44,262 nucleotides of DNA from a virus (lineage: Duplodnaviria > Caudoviricetes), in the IMG/VR virus record IMGVR_UViG_3300044709_000069, positions 1 to 44,262 of that record; one strand, 5' to 3'. The notes under the pieces were generated by a model. The model was not told the origin of the DNA, searched no databases, and worked only from the letters and a program-made list of their open reading frames with translations. This document shows positions 17,052 to 26,536 of this stretch, piece by piece. Numbering within the stretch: position 1 is the stretch's first letter; each line of letters starts with the position of its first letter. The translations under genes and the position numbers were made by a program.

Positions 17052-18199
17052 GCGAGTACATACCCTGACAGACCCGTCCAGAAATCAAGGCCGCCGCCCG
17101 CCCCGCCCCACGTCGTCGTCCCCGTCGCCCCTGAATACTCTTCCCACGTGTAGTAGTGATACCCGATGGCGGGCACCTTCTGGAGACTGGCATGAAGCGG
17201 CAACGTCACACCCGCGCCCGCGCCCAACTGCACCGCATCGAAAATGCTTTCCGTCGCCCATGTCGCCGTCGCATCTTCCCCAATGGTGACTTGCGCGCCG
17301 ACGCCGCCCGTCGAGTTCGCCGCGATCCCCGTGAGCAGCACCGAGACAAACGAATCCGGCAGGCCAATGATGGTCGCCACTTGGTTCGCGGTATTGGCGT
17401 TGGCTTGTCGGATCACGGCCAGCGTGTACGTCCAGCTTCCCGCCGTTTCCTTCCGATAGAACCGTCGCGGGACACGCTGCGTCAGATCGGCATTGAACAC
17501 GAACCGCTTGACGGCCGAATCTTCGGTCTGGCCGGCAGCGACGGTGCGAATGGAGCCGAGCAGTCGCCGCGTCGTCGCCCCGCTTTTCACCCAGAAGCCA
17601 CGCAACCGCGTGACAGCCGTTGCGCGGGTGCTGGCATCGGTCCACGCCGTCGATTCCATGACGGGTGTGCCGCTGTTATAGTTCAGCCAGATGTCATAGT
17701 TCGTATTCGCGGCGAGCGCGGCGAGCGAGTAGGAGAGTTCGGTAAACGTCAGCACTTCGACGGCGCTGCCCGTGGAGAGCGCCACCTGATCGCCGCCGTT
17801 CGGCGTGTAGTACAGCGTCGTCGCGGCGGTGACATCGGTCACGGTGACAGGCGTGCCGGAGGTCAGCGTCAGCCGCCCATCGCAGACGTCGGTGCGGACC
17901 ACCGTCGTCGCATTGCCGCCAACGCCGATCTGTGTGCGCGGGACGATGATCGTGCCGACGCTGTTCTGAATCTCGACGTCGTAGGCGACGCCGTAGGCGA
18001 GATAGATGGGACCGAAGGCACCGCCCGAGCTCGCGATCACTGGATTCGCATTGGCCGTGACCAGCGTCGGCTCGCTGTACGTCGTCGCAGGCGTGTCGGT
18101 GCCAGCCGCGTAGAAATATGCCTTCGCGCCCGGCGATGTGACGCCCAGATCGGTGAACTGGCGCTGACGAGCGACCGGCGAAATCAGACCGCTAGGCAT
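17048..18199 (-). CDS. Tail fibre/spike with head-binding-type N-terminus
   Basis: GAKAYFYAAGT.TPATTYS....ANANPV; CDGRLTLTSGTPV. Confidence 0.75.
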   Translation of the reverse strand: MPSGLISPVARQRQFTDLGVTSPGAKAYFYAAGTDTPATTYSEPTLVTANANPVIASSGGAFGPIYLAYGVAYDVEIQNSVGTIIVPRTQIGVGGNATTVVRTDVCDGRLTLTSGTPVTVTDVTAATTLYYTPNGGDQVALSTGSAVEVLTFTELSYSLAALAANTNYDIWLNYNSGTPVMESTAWTDASTRATAVTRLRGFWVKSGATTRRLLGSIRTVAAGQTEDSAVKRFVFNADLTQRVPRRFYRKETAGSWTYTLAVIRQANANTANQVATIIGLPDSFVSVLLTGIAANSTGGVGAQVTIGEDATATWATESIFDAVQLGAGAGVTLPLHASLQKVPAIGYHYYTWEEYSGATGTTTWGGAGGGLDFWTGLSGYVLA

Positions 18200-18293
18200 T
18201 GAGCACCGTCATGATAAGTACCATGACACCTATCAGCAAGATGCCGACGAATGTCCACCACGCGACAATCGCTGCGCATTCATCAATCGTCAC
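18192..18293 (-). CDS. Single-TM micropeptide (33 aa)
   Basis: MTIDECAAIVAWWTFVGILLIGVMVLIMTVLNA; fills the intergenic gap. Confidence 0.45.
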   Translation of the reverse strand: MTIDECAAIVAWWTFVGILLIGVMVLIMTVLNA

Positions 18294-18296
18294 GCA

Positions 18297-18389
18297 TCAA
18301 CACCATTTCGCGCTCAACATCAGGATGGCTCCGAAGATCACAAGCATCAGCCACACATAAGCGACTTGCTGCGACACCCGCCGAATCAC
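18297..18389 (-). CDS. Single-TM micropeptide (30 aa)
   Basis: MIRRVSQQVAYVWLMLVIFGAILMLSAKWC; GTGA coupling. Confidence 0.45.
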   Translation of the reverse strand: MIRRVSQQVAYVWLMLVIFGAILMLSAKWC

Positions 18390-18727
18390 CACACACCGGA
18401 GCCCATCGACACCGATGCAGCGCCTGACGTGAAGGCCGTGCAGCGCGCCCGCACGGCCGCGAGGCCGGTATTCGTGAAGGCGAACAGCCCGACGGCGGTT
18501 GTCGTCGCCACGACAGTATCGTCACTGAGCTGGCGAGCGCCGATGGCGAACCAGGTCTGCTGATCAATCGTGGCCTCGAAGGCCAGAGTCGCAGTGAACG
18601 TGCCGGTGACGGCCATCGTAACGCTCGGTGATGCTCCCAGCGGGAACACAGCGGTGTTGCCGACGCCCGCGCTGGCGGTGCTGACGGACTGAACCTGCAA
18701 CCCGGCGGGCGTGGTCAAAACAGTCAT
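18386..18727 (-). CDS. Small beta-rich virion protein (113 aa)
   Basis: VTGTFTATLAFEATID..TW...VRARCTAFTSG. Confidence 0.7.
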   Translation of the reverse strand: MTVLTTPAGLQVQSVSTASAGVGNTAVFPLGASPSVTMAVTGTFTATLAFEATIDQQTWFAIGARQLSDDTVVATTTAVGLFAFTNTGLAAVRARCTAFTSGAASVSMGSGVW

Positions 18728-18921
18728 CGCGTCCTCTGCTGGCGTGACGGCAATTCGTCGCGATCCGTCAGCGCGTTGTGCCCGTTGGCGTGTGCGCGGC
18801 GTTCGTAGTCGGCCCGCAGGCGCGCTTCCTCAGTCGCGCTGTACACAACCCTCGCCACGTCGCCGGGCAAGGTCACGAAGCGCGGGTACGTCGAAGATTC
18901 TGGCGGTTTCTGGTTGCTCAT
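18724..18921 (-). CDS. Hypothetical protein
   Basis: ATGA coupling at both ends; YPRFV. Confidence 0.55.
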   Translation of the reverse strand: MSNQKPPESSTYPRFVTLPGDVARVVYSATEEARLRADYERRAHANGHNALTDRDELPSRQQRTR

Positions 18922-19949
18922 CGGACCCAAATTCTATCGCTGTTGATGTCGTACATCCCGACACCGCTAAAATAGTTGCTCATCGCGCTCAGCTTCATGT
19001 TGCTGCGCTTGATCACGGCGAGTGCCGCATCCGCCTTGTCTTTCAAATCCTGGTCGAATGGCCGTCCAAACGGCTTCGCAACCCGTCGCGCCAACTGGTA
19101 GACAAGACATTCCTCATAGCCATCAGGAAAGGCGTAGGTCGTGGTCAGATCCGCGAACCGCGAGAGCGGTTGCTCGACGTACAGCGCGAGGTCATAGAGC
19201 GCGTTGTCGGGGATCGGCAGCAAATACAGCGTGCCGAATGTGGCCGTGATGGTCGGGTTGTAGTAGGCCACGCTCGGCAAGGTGGCCGTCTGCGCTTTCA
19301 ACGGCCAGAGGCGATAGCCGTCATCGGTCAGCAGGCCAAGCGGCGATTCCACGACCGGCGACGTCGGATAGAGCAGTGCCGCGCCGGTGATGCTGTTCTG
19401 GTTCGGCGGTCGCGCCATGTTGAAGTCGCCACCGGTCCCAACGGTATACGACGCCTGCGATCCAACGATATCGAACGTGTGCCGGATGACGGCAGGAATG
19501 GTGAGGTTCTGTTGCGCCCACGATCCAATCATCCGATTCAGATAGCCAAGGCACGTCTGTGCGTCGGTGTCGCTGATCGGTTCGCCGGGCTGGTACACCT
19601 CAAGTTCTTCCAATGCCGCAGTCAACAGTGTTAAGGCTGTGGTAACGGTCGATCCCGTGATGGCCGATGACGGCGACGGCACCGGCGCAATCGCCGTCGT
19701 CACCACTTGCACGGTGGCCGGGATCGCCGATGATCCGGTGAACGTCACCGCCACCAGCTCGTAGTCCGTCTCTGGCCCAGTCAAGACGACGGTGTAGTAG
19801 CCGTTGCCCTCCGCGACACAGCTATTCGTCGCCGCCGCTTGCGTCCCGCCGTCGCCGGTGACGAACGCGCTCACGGTGCCCGCGAAGGCTGCGCCCGTCG
19901 TGGCGTTGACCATTTGCGCGCCGATCACGCCGCCCTGCGATCGGATCAC
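18918..19949 (-). CDS. P22 gp4-like head-to-tail adaptor with an extra N-terminal beta domain
   Basis: TALTLLTAALEEL.V...GE......CLGYLNRMIGSW and PDGYEECLVYQLARR. Confidence 0.75.
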   Translation of the reverse strand: MIRSQGGVIGAQMVNATTGAAFAGTVSAFVTGDGGTQAAATNSCVAEGNGYYTVVLTGPETDYELVAVTFTGSSAIPATVQVVTTAIAPVPSPSSAITGSTVTTALTLLTAALEELEVYQPGEPISDTDAQTCLGYLNRMIGSWAQQNLTIPAVIRHTFDIVGSQASYTVGTGGDFNMARPPNQNSITGAALLYPTSPVVESPLGLLTDDGYRLWPLKAQTATLPSVAYYNPTITATFGTLYLLPIPDNALYDLALYVEQPLSRFADLTTTYAFPDGYEECLVYQLARRVAKPFGRPFDQDLKDKADAALAVIKRSNMKLSAMSNYFSGVGMYDINSDRIWVR

Positions 19950-20083
19950 GAGTCAATCCTCCGCACTTGCACCACGGCGTTGATGTTGACACACCAGGCC
20001 GGGTTGAACACCGCCGCGACTTGGTTGACGCCGCCGAGGACGAAGCTGCCGAGCGGCGTGCTGCCGAGGATCGCACCGGTCAT
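19946..20083 (-). CDS. Small protein (45 aa)
   Basis: ATGA/GTGA coupling; MTGAILGSTPLGSF. Confidence 0.5.
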   Translation of the reverse strand: MTGAILGSTPLGSFVLGGVNQVAAVFNPAWCVNINAVVQVRRIDS

Positions 20084-20250
20084 TCCTTCGCCTTCGCCTG
20101 GTCCGCGGCGTGCTGGGCGAGTTCCGCTTCCAGTTCCGCAATCCGCGCTTCGGCTTGCTGCAACGCCGCCTGATAGCGGATCAACTGCAACGCGTTCGCG
20201 CCGAGATGCGCGCTGACGATTTCATCGAGGGACTTCGCTGGTTCAGCCAT
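20080..20250 (-). CDS. Small coiled-coil protein (56 aa) after the tail fibre
   Basis: MAEPAKSLDEIV...LQQAEARIAELEAEL. Confidence 0.6.
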   Translation of the reverse strand: MAEPAKSLDEIVSAHLGANALQLIRYQAALQQAEARIAELEAELAQHAADQAKAKE

Positions 20251-20265
20251 GCGTCTCTTTTCCGA

Positions 20266-22740
20266 TCAATCATGTACGGCTACGACGTGCAAGGTTCCGG
20301 TCAAACTGCCTGCGGCATTATTCAGCACGCGCACGGTCACGGCTGATGCGCTGATCGTTTCGATATGCACGACACTCAATGCCAGTGACGTGGTAGTCGA
20401 GTCGAGCACTTGCGCCACCACTGTATAGTTCGCATCGGCAAAGGTCGTGCCCCAGGTGACGGTCACCAAGGCCGTTGACGCCGCCGAGACTGAACCGGTG
20501 GTGACGCGGGCGTGCTTGACGCCACTGCCGTCGTTCTTCACCCCGCCGAGGATGCCCGCGGTGGTCAGGTTGACGCCGCCGGTCAACGTGGCGATGCCGG
20601 TCACGCCGAGGGTAGTGGAGAGCGTCGCCGCGCCGGTCACGGTCACGGCTCCGCTGAAGGTCGCCATTGCTTCCGTCAGCGTGAGACGAGTCACCAGTGA
20701 TTGCGCGGTCGTTCCTGTCGAAAGGACGGCTGGCGTCTGGAAGATCAGCGAACTGACCGCCCCGGCGCCGGTGCCCTTCCCGGAGGCGATGGTGAGATTG
20801 CCGCCGGTCTTGTCGGTGCCCGTGATGCCATTGCAGGCTTGCAGGGTTTGCGCGACGGCCGCGCCGTTCAAATCCTCCCCAAGTTGGACAATCGCTGCCC
20901 CACCACGATAGATGTACGTATCCTGCGTGCCATTCGCGTTGGAGGACGCGCTGAACGTAAACCCACCCGCTGCGCGCGCACGGATAAATCCAGACGCAAG
21001 CGCCACACTGGGCGTCGTGCCCAGATAAAAGCTGCCACCACTGACGGTTTGGTCCCCCGTAAGTGTCTGCGCCGCATCCGTCCGCGCCAGCGTCGCGGAG
21101 GTTGTCGGGAACGTCATCGTCGTGCTGTCGGTCCCGGCCAGCGTCAGCGTGTTGTTAAACGTCAAGACTTTCGAGGCCGCGCCGGTCAGCGTGTAGGTGC
21201 CAGCCGTAAAGGTGTTCCCGTTCAGGCTCGTCGCGGTCGCCACACCGAGCACGGGCGTGACCAGCGTGGGCGACGTGGAAAACACGAGATTTGTGCTCGT
21301 CGTGCCCGTTGTGCCCGCCGCACTCAAGCCGGTGATGTTGTTGAAAGCCGTGATGGAGGCCGATGACGCATTCGTGCCGCCATTGGCGACGGGGAGCACG
21401 CCCGTGACCCCGCTGGTGAGCACCAAGCCGGTGCAATTCGTCAAGACGCCGCTGGTCGGTGTCCCGAGGAGTGGCGTCACCAGCGTCGGACTCGTCGCAA
21501 ACACCAGCGCGCCGCTCCCGGTTTCGTCCGTCAGCGCCGCCGCGAGATTCGCGCTCGACGGCGTCGCCAGCCACGTCGCCACGTTGCTACCCAAACCGGT
21601 CACGCCGCCCACTGGCAGCGTGCAATTGGTCAGCGTGCCCGACGTCGGCGTCCCCAGAATCGGCGTGACGAATGTCGGACTGGCCCCGAACGACGTCAAC
21701 GACGAGGCCGTGACCCCAGCCGCCAGCGTCGCGCCGCTCAGCGTGCCCGCCGCCGCCGTGACGGTAATCGGGATGGTCCCGTCGAAATCGACGCCGTTGA
21801 TCGCCCGCGCCGTTTGCAGCGCGGTCGCCGTCGTCGCATTGCCGAGAAAGCCGCTCGCCGTGATGGTGCTGATGCAGGTCGTGGTGCCGCCGTTGGCGAC
21901 CACGAACGCCCGCGTCGTGTTGTCAAACAGCGTCAGCAGATCATCCGTGTTGCTGCCGTTCGACGCGACGATGCATGACCCGCTGACGCCGCCCGCCAGC
22001 GAGAGCGTCGTCGGATCGGTGAAACTGCTGCTGAAGTAGCCACCGAACTTCTTCGTGCCTGTCGATGTCTGGCCGCTCACGCCGATGTTGAACGCGCCCG
22101 CCCCGATGGCATTGCCGAGCAGCCCGAACGCCGCCGCCGCTGATCCCGCATGGACGCTCGCGTTATCCGCGCGCACGCCATACGACGCCACATCGCCGGT
22201 ATTCGGCGAGATCATCTCGACGCCGAAGCCGGTCAGCAGCGGATTGATCGTGCCGGTGGCGGTGCCGCTGACCAGGAGCAGATTGCGCGTGATGGGCGAT
22301 GGCAAGTCGGCCGCGAGAATCGCGCTGGCCGTCGGCAGGGACGAGACGTAGCGGATGAACGTCCCATCCGCGCCCGCCGCGAGCCGTGCCGGGGCACCGG
22401 TAGACGCTAAGTACGGCACGTCACCGGTCGACGTGAGTGCGCCGGGACTGCGGAGCAAGCTCGCGGCGGTCAGCACATGGAACACGCCGGTGCCAGACGC
22501 ATGAGTGGCATCCGTCGTGCTTTCAACGCCTCTGGTGATGGTAAACACAGCGCCAGCAACAGCAGTGACGAGCACCAGCTCGTTTTCAATCGCAAGGCAA
22601 AACTGCGGAACGGTCGGGAATGGCGTGGCACTCGCCACCGTCATCGACGTGGCGCCCGCTGCGAGCGAACCGGACAATGTGGACCACGCGGTGGAAGGTG
22701 AGGAGATGATCGGCGCGTTCGCGAACTGTTGCAGCGACAT
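20266..22740 (-). CDS. Long tail fibre (824 aa)
   Basis: Thr/Gly/Ala-rich; three SPT(L/F)VTP.LG repeats; ATALQTARAINGVDFDGT. Confidence 0.8.
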   Translation of the reverse strand: MSLQQFANAPIISSPSTAWSTLSGSLAAGATSMTVASATPFPTVPQFCLAIENELVLVTAVAGAVFTITRGVESTTDATHASGTGVFHVLTAASLLRSPGALTSTGDVPYLASTGAPARLAAGADGTFIRYVSSLPTASAILAADLPSPITRNLLLVSGTATGTINPLLTGFGVEMISPNTGDVASYGVRADNASVHAGSAAAAFGLLGNAIGAGAFNIGVSGQTSTGTKKFGGYFSSSFTDPTTLSLAGGVSGSCIVASNGSNTDDLLTLFDNTTRAFVVANGGTTTCISTITASGFLGNATTATALQTARAINGVDFDGTIPITVTAAAGTLSGATLAAGVTASSLTSFGASPTFVTPILGTPTSGTLTNCTLPVGGVTGLGSNVATWLATPSSANLAAALTDETGSGALVFATSPTLVTPLLGTPTSGVLTNCTGLVLTSGVTGVLPVANGGTNASSASITAFNNITGLSAAGTTGTTSTNLVFSTSPTLVTPVLGVATATSLNGNTFTAGTYTLTGAASKVLTFNNTLTLAGTDSTTMTFPTTSATLARTDAAQTLTGDQTVSGGSFYLGTTPSVALASGFIRARAAGGFTFSASSNANGTQDTYIYRGGAAIVQLGEDLNGAAVAQTLQACNGITGTDKTGGNLTIASGKGTGAGAVSSLIFQTPAVLSTGTTAQSLVTRLTLTEAMATFSGAVTVTGAATLSTTLGVTGIATLTGGVNLTTAGILGGVKNDGSGVKHARVTTGSVSAASTALVTVTWGTTFADANYTVVAQVLDSTTTSLALSVVHIETISASAVTVRVLNNAAGSLTGTLHVVAVHD

Positions 22741-23712
22741 CTAGAACCGCCGTCCGCGCCGCTGGCGACTCGGCTTCTGCGCGCCAAATCCTGAATGTCG
22801 ATTCACCGTGCGATACACGCTCACGCCCGCCCCCGTCGCCACCCCGAGCGCGGTCCCGACACTCGTAATCGCCGTCACCGCCGCATACGTGCGGGATTCA
22901 CCCGCCGACCACGCGGCCACTCCCGTGCGCGTGTCGGCCGCCACCCACACCGACCCGTCGTAATAGTCGAGCGTGAAATCCTTCGGCGCCCCTTCTGGAA
23001 AACCCGCCGACGCTTGGATCACATACTCGACCACCGTCGTCTGGGCGGCAAACGTATAGATCCACTCGTGCGGCAGTGCTGACGCCCCGGAATACCAATC
23101 AGTTGCCGGATTCCCATCATTCGCCAGCAACGCCACCGAGCTCGAGGTGCCGATGTGGTCCGCTCGGCACCGCGTGGCATTCGTCGCCTGATTGGCCCCG
23201 CTCGCCACGATGCGGAATTGCATTTCCGCGATATAGATGCCGTTAGTCCCCGCTTCACAACTCGTCGCGCGGAGGCGCCAGCTGCGTTTCGTCGCCAGCC
23301 CATAGAAGTGTGTCTCTGGCGTACTGCCGCCATGCCACGTGTATTCCGTCTGCGCGTCCGCGATCTGCCACGTCACCCCATCCCAGTATTGGAGTTGCCA
23401 TGTCAGGGGCACCGCGATGTCAGACACGCCCTGACCGACTGTGACGGCGTACTCGGTGGGTGTAATCGCGGAGGCGAACTCGTAGGCAAACCACCACGGT
23501 GTCCCGCTGTTCGTCGTTTGACAATACGTGGCATCGTTGCCGTCAAACGCACTTGCCGCCTCATGGCCGCCGATTTCACTGGACGCTGACGCGGTGCCGC
23601 CCGTACAGAGGTCCACGGCGGTATCGTCGTACAGCCGCAACTCGTTCAACAGGACGGCGGTCGCCCCGCCGGTCGTGAGCACGTAGAGGCGCCACTTCGC
23701 GCTCGTGGGCAC
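22741..23712 (-). CDS. Virion protein with two discoidin/galactose-binding-like domains
   Basis: Duplicated WRL...A.DGN..T.W...PW..Y.F...EY...P....L.Y.DG..W pattern. Confidence 0.72.
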   Translation of the reverse strand: MPTSAKWRLYVLTTGGATAVLLNELRLYDDTAVDLCTGGTASASSEIGGHEAASAFDGNDATYCQTTNSGTPWWFAYEFASAITPTEYAVTVGQGVSDIAVPLTWQLQYWDGVTWQIADAQTEYTWHGGSTPETHFYGLATKRSWRLRATSCEAGTNGIYIAEMQFRIVASGANQATNATRCRADHIGTSSSVALLANDGNPATDWYSGASALPHEWIYTFAAQTTVVEYVIQASAGFPEGAPKDFTLDYYDGSVWVAADTRTGVAAWSAGESRTYAAVTAITSVGTALGVATGAGVSVYRTVNRHSGFGAQKPSRQRRGRRF

Positions 23713-24140
23713 TAGGTTTCCGTCACCGTGCTCGCCGTGGTGAGGATTGGCTGCACGCCCGTCACGACGGTAATCGTTGGACTGATCGCCCCCGAGTACA
23801 GCAGCTTGCCGGTCCCGCTGATCGCGGTGCCGATCCCAAAATACGTTTCGATTTCGCTGCCGCCGGTTGCCGCCGGAAATGTGACATTCGCGGCGGGACT
23901 GACCGCGTTCGCGGTGACGGTGAAGCCTCCGCCGCTGCGCGTGACGGCTTGCCGCGCATAGCTGGTATACGCCGCTTCGGAGGTCGTTTGCGGCGCATTG
24001 GTGCCGGGATTCGCGGTATGCAGCGAGACGTAGAGACTCGTTAAGGGGCTGCTCGTCGCGTTGATCGCAATGTTCGCGATCGTCGTCGCATTGAAAATCA
24101 GCAGCAGCAGATCATTGTCGAAGGTGGCACTTTTACCCAT
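23712..24140 (-). CDS. Tail/virion structural protein (142 aa)
   Basis: LYVSLHTANPG...EAAYTSYARQAV...FPAATGG. Confidence 0.75.
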   Translation of the reverse strand: MGKSATFDNDLLLLIFNATTIANIAINATSSPLTSLYVSLHTANPGTNAPQTTSEAAYTSYARQAVTRSGGGFTVTANAVSPAANVTFPAATGGSEIETYFGIGTAISGTGKLLYSGAISPTITVVTGVQPILTTASTVTET

Positions 24141-24146
24141 GTCACC

Positions 24147-24341
24147 TCACGAGGGCCGCGGCGGCTTGGGCGCGTCCGGCGGTTCCTCGTCGTCAAACGC
24201 GTCCAGCGACTCGTCCTCCGTCGGATGCACGTAGGACTTGCATTTTTCACAGAACAGCATCGGTTCAATGCCGCTCTGCACGAGACGCATCGGCCATCCG
24301 CACTTTTCGCACGATTCCGAGCCAGACCAATCGCCGCTCAT
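24147..24341 (-). CDS. Small Zn-ribbon protein
   Basis: CEKCG...CEKC. Confidence 0.55.
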   Translation of the reverse strand: MSGDWSGSESCEKCGWPMRLVQSGIEPMLFCEKCKSYVHPTEDESLDAFDDEEPPDAPKPPRPS

Positions 24342-24983
24342 CTAGGCCACGCGCGAAAACGTCGCTGAGCTGCCGACGTAGATCGAGCTCGCTGTGCCGT
24401 CGCTGGCGTTCTGCGCCATCTGCACGGCCATCGTGCCCGCCGCGTTCACGGTAATGCGCCCAAAGATTCGCACCCCAATGACCGCCGCCGTCTGCGCGAA
24501 CAAGCTGGCTTGATCGGTCGCCGTCGTGGTGTGCTGGCACGCGACCGCCGACGCCGTGAAGCCCGTCGCGCAAGCTTCCAAATCCGTCAAGGTCGTCGTG
24601 GTCAACTTGAAGGCGATTTTCAGTCCGCCGCTCCCGCCCGATGTCCCCGACAGATTGATGTCGAACTTGTAGACGCCCGCCGCCACGACCGCGAAACTGG
24701 TCAGGCCGGTGATATTCGCCAGCGTCGTGCTACTGGTCGCATCGGTCTGCGTCGTGCAAAACTTGGTGTTGCCGGTGCCGAGCGCCAGCGTCAGATCCGG
24801 CACGCCGGCGACGATGCCGGTGATGGTAGGCGCCGTCAAAGATTTAGCAGTTAAAGTTTGCGTGGCGCCGGTCGTGACATACGCGCCGCTGCCGATCGTT
24901 GGCGTTTGCGTGAAGGTCCACGCGCCGGTAATCGTCTGGTCCGAATTCGGCAGAAAGCTGCCGCCGAGTGAAGGCGAGCTCAT
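24342..24983 (-). CDS. Virion structural protein (213 aa)
   Basis: Thr-rich; QTITGAWTF; beta-sandwich-like C-terminus. Confidence 0.7.
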   Translation of the reverse strand: MSSPSLGGSFLPNSDQTITGAWTFTQTPTIGSGAYVTTGATQTLTAKSLTAPTITGIVAGVPDLTLALGTGNTKFCTTQTDATSSTTLANITGLTSFAVVAAGVYKFDINLSGTSGGSGGLKIAFKLTTTTLTDLEACATGFTASAVACQHTTTATDQASLFAQTAAVIGVRIFGRITVNAAGTMAVQMAQNASDGTASSIYVGSSATFSRVA

Positions 24984-25420
24984 AACGTGTCATCCTTGCG
25001 AGGCCGTCCAGGGCCACGCCTGATGGGAGTTTCGGGGATCACCGGGAGATGTTCGATGGTCTGATCTTCGGTGCGCTCGACTTCCGCGACGGCCCGCTGA
25101 CTGAGATGTTTCTTCTCGTGCTCGCGCTCGGCCGCCAGCGTCGCGAATTCCAGTTCTTGCGCTTCAAGCGCTTTAATCGCGTTATCGGGGCCGCGCACGA
25201 AGCCGCGCGTGCGCGCCTGCCGTTCTTGCTGTTCATCGTCCACGATGGTGTGTTCGATGATCGGATCGCCGCCGGTGGGCTTCCGCGTCGCACGGTAGAC
25301 CATGAGAGGCCACTCCGTAAAAACAGCGGCTCTCCCAGGTGGGCCAAATACCGTGTGCGTCGTTTCCCATTTCACGCGCTCTTTCGCGTACTCGCTCTCG
25401 GGACTCCACATGATCGACAT
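24980..25420 (-). CDS. Hypothetical head-region protein with C-terminal AT-hook-like motif
   Basis: EWPLMVYR; ends RRGPGRPRK; start placed at ATG 25420. Confidence 0.7.
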   Translation of the reverse strand: MSIMWSPESEYAKERVKWETTHTVFGPPGRAAVFTEWPLMVYRATRKPTGGDPIIEHTIVDDEQQERQARTRGFVRGPDNAIKALEAQELEFATLAAEREHEKKHLSQRAVAEVERTEDQTIEHLPVIPETPIRRGPGRPRKDDTL

Positions 25421-25442
25421 TTCATTCACCTGACATTCTGAG

Positions 25443-25532
25443 TAGAATGTTCGGAGCACAGCAGCGTTCTAGCGCCACTGTGCCCCTTCACCAGTTCGAC
25501 AGAGGAGGTCGAAATTGGCGCATGACATTCTG
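25443..25532 (+). promoter_or_regulatory. -10 box plus two-hairpin leader with Shine-Dalgarno in the loop
   Basis: TAGAAT at 25443; stem 25456-25483; TTCGAC-AGAGGAG-GTCGAA at 25495-25513; TTG at 25515. Confidence 0.6.
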
Positions 25533-25913
25533 CCTGATATCTTCCCACCCGATCCCAAACTGTTCGCCACGATCTACGAAGTCTGGGAGTGGTTCGTCCA
25601 CATTTGCGAACGTCAAGGCATCGAAGTGGGCCTGCGCTGCGAGGTCGTCACGTACGCCATGTGGTGTGGCGAACTGCGCATCACCAAAGAACCCTGTCGC
25701 CGCGATCAACGCCCCGACGTGAGCACGGTGTTGTTCACGACGGGATGTCATCATGCGGAACATTGCATTGTGCGACTGCTCAACAGCCCAGAGATCCAGC
25801 CACTCCTGCAAGATCTGCGACCCACGAAAGTGAATACGCGGATGCAGGAGAAGCTTCGACGCATCCTGCCCTCACGCGACGACCACATCGACGCCGGTCA
25901 GGGTGCCGGATAG
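25515..25913 (+). CDS. Counter-oriented moron-like hypothetical protein (132 aa)
   Basis: Own -10 and GAGGAGG; inserted against the late operon. Confidence 0.62.
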   Translation: MAHDILPDIFPPDPKLFATIYEVWEWFVHICERQGIEVGLRCEVVTYAMWCGELRITKEPCRRDQRPDVSTVLFTTGCHHAEHCIVRLLNSPEIQPLLQDLRPTKVNTRMQEKLRRILPSRDDHIDAGQGAG

Positions 25914-26507
25914 CGGGCTCGGCAACAGCGTCCACGAGGCGTTGAGAGCCATCACCATGATCGAGCACGCCGCGTTTGTATCGAAAGTCCCGACAGTGTA
26001 CCCGGTGCTGCCGAGACCGAAGCCGCCTGCTGCTGTGACCGTGTGGGCAGCCTTGCCGTCCCCGATGATGTACAGGATCGTCCCGTCGAGGTCTTTCGTC
26101 GGTGCCGCCAGCGTCATCGCCAGCGCACTGGTCCCGTTGATCACGGCCACTTCGTCGGTGCCTGGTGTCGGCAACGTGATCGCGCCCGCTGCGCCGTACG
26201 TCGTAATGCGACGGGCTTTGCCCGCCAATGGATACGGATTCACCGTCGTCGCGCCGATGCTTGTCGGCCAATCGCTGGCGACCCCGCACACGACGCCCGT
26301 CGTGACGGCATGGGCGCAGACGGTCGTCCCGTCCTGCCCGCGTAACACGGGGATGCTCGTTCCAGACGCGTAGCCGCCGCCGACACGCATCATCTCGTCC
26401 CCGACGCGCACCAGATACCCAGCGGCGAAGCCCGTTGCACTGGCGACGACGATGCTCGTGTCTCCGGCGCCGATCGCCGCGCTGTTCGTTGTTCTGACAA
26501 GAGCCAT
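25872..26507 (-). CDS. Putative capsid decoration/accessory protein
   Basis: AGGAG RBS; first late gene after the coat; small-residue beta-rich. Confidence 0.65.
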   Translation of the reverse strand: MALVRTTNSAAIGAGDTSIVVASATGFAAGYLVRVGDEMMRVGGGYASGTSIPVLRGQDGTTVCAHAVTTGVVCGVASDWPTSIGATTVNPYPLAGKARRITTYGAAGAITLPTPGTDEVAVINGTSALAMTLAAPTKDLDGTILYIIGDGKAAHTVTAAGGFGLGSTGYTVGTFDTNAACSIMVMALNASWTLLPSPLSGTLTGVDVVVA

Positions 26508-26536
26508 ATTTGCTCCTAATCTGCTAGAATGTGCCC

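Noticed and set aside
17156-22039. Long plus-strand ORFs opposite the tail genes (17156-18202, 18711-19634, 21197-22039)
   Set aside because: Antisense shadows of well-supported minus-strand structural genes.
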